Source: Macrostomum lignano
Taxonomy: Eukaryota
Assembly: GCA_002269645.1 (NCBI GenBank)
Contig: NIVC01000382.1
Coordinates: 577,169 to 641,168 of the forward strand
Reading direction: 5' to 3'
Length of the DNA stretch: 64,000 nucleotides
The notes below the pieces were generated by a model. It searched no databases. It was given only the letters and a program-made list of their open reading frames with translations, and was not told where the DNA came from. This document shows positions 54,530 to 64,000 of this stretch, piece after piece. The position numbers were made by a program, and so were the translations under genes. The stretch's first letter is position 1; every line of letters begins with the position of its first letter.

Positions 54530-55175
54530 AAAGATAGGAGAGGGGAGGGAAAGGAGAGGGGACAGGAGAGAGAAGAGGGAGAGGGGAGAGGAGGGAGAGG
54601 GGAGAGAAGAAGGAGAGGGGCGAGGAGGGAGAGGGGAGAGAAGGAAGAAAGGAGAAGGGGGAGAGGGAAGGAGAAGGGGGCGAGGGGCGATGAGGGAGAG
54701 GGGAGAGAAGGGGGGAGAGAGGAGAGAGGAGAGAAGGGAGAGGGGAGAGGAGAGAGAAGAGGGAGAGGGGCGAGGAGGGAGAGGGGAGAGAAGGGGGAGG
54801 AGAGAGGAGAGAAGGGAGAGGGGAGAGGAGAGAGAGAAGAGGGAGAGGGGAGAGGAGGGAGAGGGGAGAGGAGAGAGAAGAGGGAGAGGGGCGAGGAGGG
54901 AGGGGAGAGAAGGGAGAGGAGGGAGGAGAGAAGGGAGAGGGGAGAGGAGAGAGAAGAGGGAGAGGAGGGAGAGGGGAGAGGAAGGAGAGGGGAGAGGGAA
55001 GAGGAGGGAGAGGGGAGAGGAGAGAGGGGAGAGAAGGGAGAGGAGGGAGAGGGGAGAGGAGAGAGAAGAGGGAGAGGGGAGAGGAGGGAGAGGGGAAAGG
55101 GAGAGAAGAGGGAGAGGGGAGAGGAGGGAGAGGGGAGAGGAGGGAGAGGGGAGAGGAGGGAGAGGAGGGAGAGGG
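54530..55175. repeat. GA-rich low-complexity polypurine tract
   Basis: About 640 bp of almost exclusively G and A. Confidence 0.95.
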
Positions 55176-55487
55176 GCGTTTGGATGACGCAGAATGTAGA
55201 AATGACACAATCGAATATATCCTCTAAGTAACTAAAAATGACGCGCAAAAAATTACCGTTTCAAAAAAGGATATATTCTAAATATACCCCATATAAAAAA
55301 TGACGAAACTTAAACCAATAAAACAACACAAGATTTTCCCTATCCCAACAAAAATAAAGCTAAAATCAGATACACTACTTTAAGGAGAAAAACAAAGACA
55401 CATATTAGACTTCAAGAGACAAAACTACAATCCTTCGAAAAACTATTTGAAGTTATAGTTATTCAAATAACTATGTAAATAACAATA

Positions 55488-58400
55488 TTTGCACCTGCGT
55501 ATATCAGCCCCATTGAGTGTCATTTCTAAGCTCTCCATTTAATTCTATATATTGACAGCGACAGGGCTAGTTAGAGATGCTGAGAGTAGCGGGCTCTGCG
55601 TCATCTTTGCACCTGTGTATATCAGCCCCATTGAGTGTCATTTCTAAGCTCTCCATTTAATTCTATATATTGACAGCGACAGGGCTAGTTAGAGATGCTG
55701 AGAGTAGCGGGCTCTGCGTCATCTTTGCACCTGTGTATATCAGCCCCATTGAGTGTCATTTCTAAGCTCTCCATTTAATTCTATATATTGACAGCGACAG
55801 GGCTAGTTAGAGATGCTGAGAGTAGCGGGCTCTGCGTCATCTTTGCACCTGTGTATATCAGCCCCATTGAGTGTCATTTCTAAGCTCTCCATTTAATTCT
55901 ATATATTGACAGCGACAGGGCTAGTTAGAGATGCTGAGAGTAGCGGGCTCTGCGTCATCTTTGCACCTGTGTATATCAGCCCCATTGAGTGTCATTTCTA
56001 AGCTCTCCATTTAATTCTATATATTGACAGCGACAGGGCTAGTTAGAGATGCTGAGTGTAGCGGGCTCTGCGTCATCTTTGCACCTGTGTATATCAGCCC
56101 CATTGAGTGTCATTTCTAAGCTCTCCATTTAATTCTATATATTGACAGCGACAGGGCTAGTTAGAGATGCTGAGAGTAGCGGGCTCTGCGTCATCTTTGC
56201 ACCTGTGTATATCAGCCCCATTGAGTGTCATTTCTAAGCTCTCCATTTAATTCTATATATTGACGGCGACAGGGCTAGTTAGAGATGCTGAGTGTAGCGG
56301 GCTCTGCGTCATCTTTGCACCTGTGTATATCAGCCCCATTGAGTGTCATTTCTAAGCTCTCCATTTAATTCTATATATTGACAGCGACAGGGCTAGTTAG
56401 AGATGCTGAGAGTAGCGGGCTCTGCGTCATCTTTGCACCTGTGTATATCAGCCCCATTGAGTGTCATTTCTAAGCTCTCCATTTAATTCTATATATTGAC
56501 AGCGACAGGGCTAGTTAGAGATGCTGAGAGTAGCGGGCTCTGCGTCATCTTTGCACCTGCGTATATCAGCCCCATTGAGTGTCATTTCTAAGCTCTCCAT
56601 TTAATTCTATATATTGACAGCGACAGGGCTAGTTAGAGATGCTGAGAGTAGCGGGCTCTGCGTCATCTTTGCACCTGTGTATATCAGCCCCATTGAGTGT
56701 CATTTCTAAGCTCTCCATTTAATTCTATATATTGACAGCGACAGGGCTAGTTAGAGATGCTGAGAGTAGCGGGCTCTGCGTCATCTTTGCACCTGTGTAT
56801 ATCAGCCCCATTGAGTGTCATTTCTAAGCTCTCCATTTAATTCTATATATTGACAGCGACAGGGCTAGTTAGAGATGCTGAGAGTAGCGGGCTCTGCGTC
56901 ATCTTTGCACCTGTGTATATCAGCCCCATTGAGTGTCATTTCTAAGCTCTCCATTTAATTCTATATATTGACAGCGACAGGGCTAGTTAGAGATGCTGAG
57001 AGTAGCGGGCTCTGCGTCATCTTTGCACCTGTGTATATCAGCCCCATTGAGTGTCATTTCTAAGCTCTCCATTTAATTCTATATATTGACAGCGACAGGG
57101 CTAGTTAGAGATGCTGAGTGTAGCGGGCTCTGCGTCATCTTTGCACCTGTGTATATCAGCCCCATTGAGTGTCATTTCTAAGCTCTCCATTTAATTCTAT
57201 ATATTGACAGCGACAGGGCTAGTTAGAGATGCTGAGAGTAGCGGGCTCTGCGTCATCTTTGCACCTGTGTATATCAGCCCCATTGAGTGTCATTTCTAAG
57301 CTCTCCATTTAATTCTATATATTGACAGCGACAGGGCTAGTTAGAGATGCTGAGAGTAGCGGGCTCTGCGTCATCTTTGCACCTGTGTATATCAGCCCCA
57401 TTGAGTGTCATTTCTAAGCTCTCCATTTAATTCTATATATTGACAGCGACAGGGCTAGTTAGAGATGCTGAGAGTAGCGGGCTCTGCGTCATCTTTGCAC
57501 CTGTGTATATCAGCCCCATTGAGTGTCATTTCTAAGCTCTCCATTTAATTCTATATATTGACAGCGACAGGGCTAGTTAGAGATGCTGAGAGTAGCGGGC
57601 TCTGCGTCATCTTTGCACCTGTGTATATCAGCCCCATTGAGTGTCATTTCTAAGCTCTCCATTTAATTCTATATATTGACAGCGACAGGGCTAGTTAGAG
57701 ATGCTGAGAGTAGCGGGCTCTGCGTCATCTTTGCACCTGTGTATATCAGCCCCATTGAGTGTCATTTCTAAGCTCTCCATTTAATTCTATATATTGACAG
57801 CGACAGGGCTAGTTAGAGATGCTGAGAGTAGCGGGCTCTGCGTCATCTTTGCACCTGTGTATATCAGCCCCATTGAGTGTCATTTCTAAGCTCTCCATTT
57901 AATTCTATATATTGACAGCGACAGGGCTAGTTAGAGATGCTGAGAGTAGCGGGCTCTGCGTCATCTTTGCACCTGTGTATATCAGCCCCATTGAGTGTCA
58001 TTTCTAAGCTCTCCATTTAATTCTATATATTGACAGCGACAGGGCTAGTTAGAGATGCTGAGAGTAGCGGGCTCTGCGTCATCTTTGCACCTGTGTATAT
58101 CAGCCCCATTGAGTGTCATTTCTAAGCTCTCCATTTAATTCTATATATTGACAGCGACAGGGCTAGTTAGAGATGCTGAGAGTAGCGGGCTCTGCGTCAT
58201 CTTTGCACCTGTGTATATCAGCCCCATTGAGTGTCATTTCTAAGCTCTCCATTTAATTCTATATATTGACAGCGACAGGGCTAGTTAGAGATGCTGAGAG
58301 TAGCGGGCTCTGCGTCATCTTTGCACCTGTGTATATCAGCCCCATTGAGTGTCATTTCTAAGCTCTCCATTTAATTCTATATATTGACAGCGACAGGGCT

Positions 58401-61400
58401 AGTTAGAGATGCTGAGAGTAGCGGGCTCTGCGTCATCTTTGCACCTGTGTATATCAGCCCCATTGAGTGTCATTTCTAAGCTCTCCATTTAATTCTATAT
58501 ATTGACAGCGACAGGGCTAGTTAGAGATGCTGAGAGTAGCGGGCTCTGCGTCATCTTTGCACCTGTGTATATCAGCCCCATTGAGTGTCATTTCTAAGCT
58601 CTCCATTTAATTCTATATATTGACAGCGACAGGGCTAGTTAGAGATGCTGAGAGTAGCGGGCTCTGCGTCATCTTTGCACCTGTGTATATCAGCCCCATT
58701 GAGTGTCATTTCTAAGCTCTCCATTTAATTCTATATATTGACAGCGACAGGGCTAGTTAGAGATGCTGAGAGTAGCGGGCTCTGCGTCATCTTTGCACCT
58801 GTGTATATCAGCCCCATTGAGTGTCATTTCTAAGCTCTCCATTTAATTCTATATATTGACAGCGACAGGGCTAGTTAGAGATGCTGAGAGTAGCGGGCTC
58901 TGCGTCATCTTTGCACCTGTGTATATCAGCCCCATTGAGTGTCATTTCTAAGCTCTCCATTTAATTCTATATATTGACAGCGACAGGGCTAGTTAGAGAT
59001 GCTGAGAGTAGCGGGCTCTGCGTCATCTTTGCACCTGTGTATATCAGCCCCATTGAGTGTCATTTCTAAGCTCTCCATTTAATTCTATATATTGACAGCG
59101 ACAGGGCTAGTTAGAGATGCTGAGAGTAGCGGGCTCTGCGTCATCTTTGCACCTGTGTATATCAGCCCCATTGAGTGTCATTTCTAAGCTCTCCATTTAA
59201 TTCTATATATTGACAGCGACAGGGCTAGTTAGAGATGCTGAGAGTAGCGGGCTCTGCGTCATCTTTGCACCTGTGTATATCAGCCCCATTGAGTGTCATT
59301 TCTAAGCTCTCCATTTAATTCTATATATTGACAGCGACAGGGCTAGTTAGAGATGCTGAGAGTAGCGGGCTCTGCGTCATCTTTGCACCTGTGTATATCA
59401 GCCCCATTGAGTGTCATTTCTAAGCTCTCCATTTAATTCTATATATTGACAGCGACAGGGCTAGTTAGAGATGCTGAGAGTAGCGGGCTCTGCGTCATCT
59501 TTGCACCTGTGTATATCAGCCCCATTGAGTGTCATTTCTAAGCTCTCCATTTAATTCTATATATTGACAGCGACAGGGCTAGTTAGAGATGCTGAGAGTA
59601 GCGGGCTCTGCGTCATCTTTGCACCTGTGTATATCAGCCCCATTGAGTGTCATTTCTAAGCTCTCCATTTAATTCTATATATTGACAGCGACAGGGCTAG
59701 TTAGAGATGCTGAGAGTAGCGGGCTCTGCGTCATCTTTGCACCTGTGTATATCAGCCCCATTGAGTGTCATTTCTAAGCTCTCCATTTAATTCTATATAT
59801 TGACAGCGACAGGGCTAGTTAGAGATGCTGAGAGTAGCGGGCTCTGCGTCATCTTTGCACCTGTGTATATCAGCCCCATTGAGTGTCATTTCTAAGCTCT
59901 CCATTTAATTCTATATATTGACAGCGACAGGGCTAGTTAGAGATGCTGAGAGTAGCGGGCTCTGCGTCATCTTTGCACCTGTGTATATCAGCCCCATTGA
60001 GTGTCATTTCTAAGCTCTCCATTTAATTCTATATATTGACAGCGACAGGGCTAGTTAGAGATGCTGAGAGTAGCGGGCTCTGCGTCATCTTTGCACCTGT
60101 GTATATCAGCCCCATTGAGTGTCATTTCTAAGCTCTCCATTTAATTCTATATATTGACAGCGACAGGGCTAGTTAGAGATGCTGAGAGTAGCGGGCTCTG
60201 CGTCATCTTTGCACCTGTGTATATCAGCCCCATTGAGTGTCATTTCTAAGCTCTCCATTTAATTCTATATATTGACAGCGACAGGGCTAGTTAGAGATGC
60301 TGAGAGTAGCGGGCTCTGCGTCATCTTTGCACCTGTGTATATCAGCCCCATTGAGTGTCATTTCTAAGCTCTCCATTTAATTCTATATATTGACAGCGAC
60401 AGGGCTAGTTAGAGATGCTGAGAGTAGCGGGCTCTGCGTCATCTTTGCACCTGTGTATATCAGCCCCATTGAGTGTCATTTCTAAGCTCTCCATTTAATT
60501 CTATATATTGACAGCGACAGGGCTAGTTAGAGATGCTGAGAGTAGCGGGCTCTGCGTCATCTTTGCACCTGTGTATATCAGCCCCATTGAGTGTCATTTC
60601 TAAGCTCTCCATTTAATTCTATATATTGACAGCGACAGGGCTAGTTAGAGATGCTGAGAGTAGCGGGCTCTGCGTCATCTTTGCACCTGTGTATATCAGC
60701 CCCATTGAGTGTCATTTCTAAGCTCTCCATTTAATTCTATATATTGACAGCGACAGGGCTAGTTAGAGATGCTGAGAGTAGCGGGCTCTGCGTCATCTTT
60801 GCACCTGTGTATATCAGCCCCATTGAGTGTCATTTCTAAGCTCTCCATTTAATTCTATATATTGACAGCGACAGGGCTAGTTAGAGATGCTGAGAGTAGC
60901 GGGCTCTGCGTCATCTTTGCACCTGTGTATATCAGCCCCATTGAGTGTCATTTCTAAGCTCTCCATTTAATTCTATATATTGACAGCGACAGGGCTAGTT
61001 AGAGATGCTGAGAGTAGCGGGCTCTGCGTCATCTTTGCACCTGTGTATATCAGCCCCATTGAGTGTCATTTCTAAGCTCTCCATTTAATTCTATATATTG
61101 ACAGCGACAGGGCTAGTTAGAGATGCTGAGAGTAGCGGGCTCTGCGTCATCTTTGCACCTGTGTATATCAGCCCCATTGAGTGTCATTTCTAAGCTCTCC
61201 ATTTAATTCTATATATTGACAGCGACAGGGCTAGTTAGAGATGCTGAGAGTAGCGGGCTCTGCGTCATCTTTGCACCTGTGTATATCAGCCCCATTGAGT
61301 GTCATTTCTAAGCTCTCCATTTAATTCTATATATTGACAGCGACAGGGCTAGTTAGAGATGCTGAGAGTAGCGGGCTCTGCGTCATCTTTGCACCTGTGT

Positions 61401-64000
61401 ATATCAGCCCCATTGAGTGTCATTTCTAAGCTCTCCATTTAATTCTATATATTGACAGCGACAGGGCTAGTTAGAGATGCTGAGAGTAGCGGGCTCTGCG
61501 TCATCTTTGCACCTGTGTATATCAGCCCCATTGAGTGTCATTTCTAAGCTCTCCATTTAATTCTATATATTGACAGCGACAGGGCTAGTTAGAGATGCTG
61601 AGAGTAGCGGGCTCTGCGTCATCTTTGCACCTGTGTATATCAGCCCCATTGAGTGTCATTTCTAAGCTCTCCATTTAATTCTATATATTGACAGCGACAG
61701 GGCTAGTTAGAGATGCTGAGAGTAGCGGGCTCTGCGTCATCTTTGCACCTGTGTATATCAGCCCCATTGAGTGTCATTTCTAAGCTCTCCATTTAATTCT
61801 ATATATTGACAGCGACAGGGCTAGTTAGAGATGCTGAGAGTAGCGGGCTCTGCGTCATCTTTGCACCTGTGTATATCAGCCCCATTGAGTGTCATTTCTA
61901 AGCTCTCCATTTAATTCTATATATTGACAGCGACAGGGCTAGTTAGAGATGCTGAGAGTAGCGGGCTCTGCGTCATCTTTGCACCTGTGTATATCAGCCC
62001 CATTGAGTGTCATTTCTAAGCTCTCCATTTAATTCTATATATTGACAGCGACAGGGCTAGTTAGAGATGCTGAGAGTAGCGGGCTCTGCGTCATCTTTGC
62101 ACCTGTGTATATCAGCCCCATTGAGTGTCATTTCTAAGCTCTCCATTTAATTCTATATATTGACAGCGACAGGGCTAGTTAGAGATGCTGAGAGTAGCGG
62201 GCTCTGCGTCATCTTTGCACCTGTGTATATCAGCCCCATTGAGTGTCATTTCTAAGCTCTCCATTTAATTCTATATATTGACAGCGACAGGGCTAGTTAG
62301 AGATGCTGAGAGTAGCGGGCTCTGCGTCATCTTTGCACCTGTGTATATCAGCCCCATTGAGTGTCATTTCTAAGCTCTCCATTTAATTCTATATATTGAC
62401 AGCGACAGGGCTAGTTAGAGATGCTGAGAGTAGCGGGCTCTGCGTCATCTTTGCACCTGTGTATATCAGCCCCATTGAGTGTCATTTCTAAGCTCTCCAT
62501 TTAATTCTATATATTGACAGCGACAGGGCTAGTTAGAGATGCTGAGGTAGCGGGCTCTGCGTCATCTTTGCACCTGTGTATATCAGCCCCATTGAGTGTC
62601 ATTTCTAAGCTCTCCATTTAATTCTATATATTGACAGCGACAGGGCTAGTTAGAGATGCTGAGAGTAGCGGGCTCTGCGTCATCTTTGCACCTGTGTATA
62701 TCAGCCCCATTGAGTGTCATTTCTAAGCTCTCCATTTAATTCTATATATTGACAGCGACAGGGCTAGTTAGAGATGCTGAGAGTAGCGGGCTCTGCGTCA
62801 TCTTTGCACCTGTGTATATCAGCCCCATTGAGTGTCATTTCTAAGCTCTCCATTTAATTCTATATATTGACAGCGACAGGCTAGTTAGAGATGCTGAGAG
62901 TAGCGGGCTCTGCGTCATCTTTGCACCTGTGTATATCAGCCCCATTGAGTGTCATTTCTAAGCTCTCCATTTAATTCTATATATTGACAGCGACAGGGCT
63001 AGTTAGAGATGCTGAGAGTAGCGGGCTCTGCGTCATCTTTGCACCTGTGTATATCAGCCCCATTGAGTGTCATTTCTAAGCTCTCCATTTAATTCTATAT
63101 ATTGACAGCGACAGGGCTAGTTAGAGATGCTGAGAGTAGCGGGCTCTGCGTCATCTTTGCACCTGTGTATATCAGCCCCATTGAGTGTCATTTCTAAGCT
63201 CTCCATTTAATTCTATATATTGACAGCGACAGGGCTAGTTAGAGATGCTGAGAGTAGCGGGCTCTGCGTCATCTTTGCACCTGTGTATATCAGCCCCATT
63301 GAGTGTCATTTCTAAGCTCTCCATTTAATTCTATATATTGACAGCGACAGGGCTAGTTAGAGATGCTGAGAGTAGCGGGCTCTGCGTCATCTTTGCACCT
63401 GTGTATATCAGCCCCATTGAGTGTCATTTCTAAGCTCTCCATTTAATTCTATATATTGACAGCGACAGGGCTAGTTAGAGATGCTGAGAGTAGCGGGCTC
63501 TGCGTCATCTTTGCACCTGTGTATATCAGCCCATTGAGTGTCATTTCTAAGCTCTCCATTTAATTCTATATATTGACAGCGACAGGGCTAGTTAGAGATG
63601 CTGAGAGTAGCGGCTCTGCGTCATCTTTGCACCTGTGTATATCAGCCCCATTGAGTGTCATTTCTAAGCTCTCCATTTAATTCTATATATTGACAGCGAC
63701 AGGGCTAGTTAGAGATGCTGAGAGTAGCGGCTCTGCGTCATCTTTGCACCTGTGTATATCAGCCCCATTGAGTGTCATTTCTAAGCTCTCCATTTAATTC
63801 TATATATTGACAGCGACAGGGCTAGTTAGAGATGCTGAGTGTAGCGGGCTCTGCGTCATCTTTGCACCTGTGTATATCAGCCCCATTGAGTGTCATTTCT
63901 AAGCTCTCCATTTAATTCTATATATTGACAGCGACAGGGCTAGTTAGAGATGCTGAGAGAGCGGGCTCTGCGTCATCTTTGCACCTGTGTATAATCAGCC
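55488..64000. repeat. 118-bp satellite array, ~72 near-identical copies, continuing past the window end
   Basis: Period 118 (ATATCAGCCC at 55501, 55619, 55737...). Very few variants. Confidence 0.99.

Noticed and set aside
54437-55248. Pro/Ser/Leu and Arg/Glu/Gly-rich ORFs
   Set aside because: They are translations of the GA low-complexity tract.
55488-55605. Hammerhead ribozyme in the 118-bp unit (as in Schistosoma and newt satellites)
   Set aside because: Neither strand has the CUGANGA core (closest CTGAGAG and CTGATAT), and I found no supporting three-stem fold by eye.

Overview
Eukaryotic, intron-rich animal DNA. A flatworm such as Macrostomum is plausible from style, but that is inference. 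Five host genes were reconstructed by hand from splice sites and reading phase: a GRAM-domain/TM protein (GRAMD2-like, +, ~1.3-6.4 kb), a complete 12-exon BBS7 (+, 8011-28148, 714 aa by my exon sum), a 2-exon orphan class-A GPCR (-), a 6-exon PNISR (-, 745 aa), and the catalytic exons of ZUP1/ZUFSP (-). BBS7 intron 9 holds a DIRS-order (Ngaro/PAT-type) retroelement with split direct repeats (A1-RT/RH-B1-A2-B2) but no gag and no tyrosine recombinase. BBS7 intron 10 holds a 3'-truncated Gypsy element with a 5' LTR, a tRNA-His PBS, gag and pol, and a textbook -1 frameshift signal. The window also has a solo LTR inside a foldback element, two tRNA-derived SINE families, a hAT-type MITE inserted in a SINE A-box, RTE, piggyBac and mariner relics, a 28S rRNA scrap, and more than 20 tandem arrays. 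It ends in an ~8.5 kb, nearly invariant 118-bp satellite that runs off the window. Most long ORFs in the supplied track are repeat artefacts. No database searches were run; family calls rest on recalled motifs.
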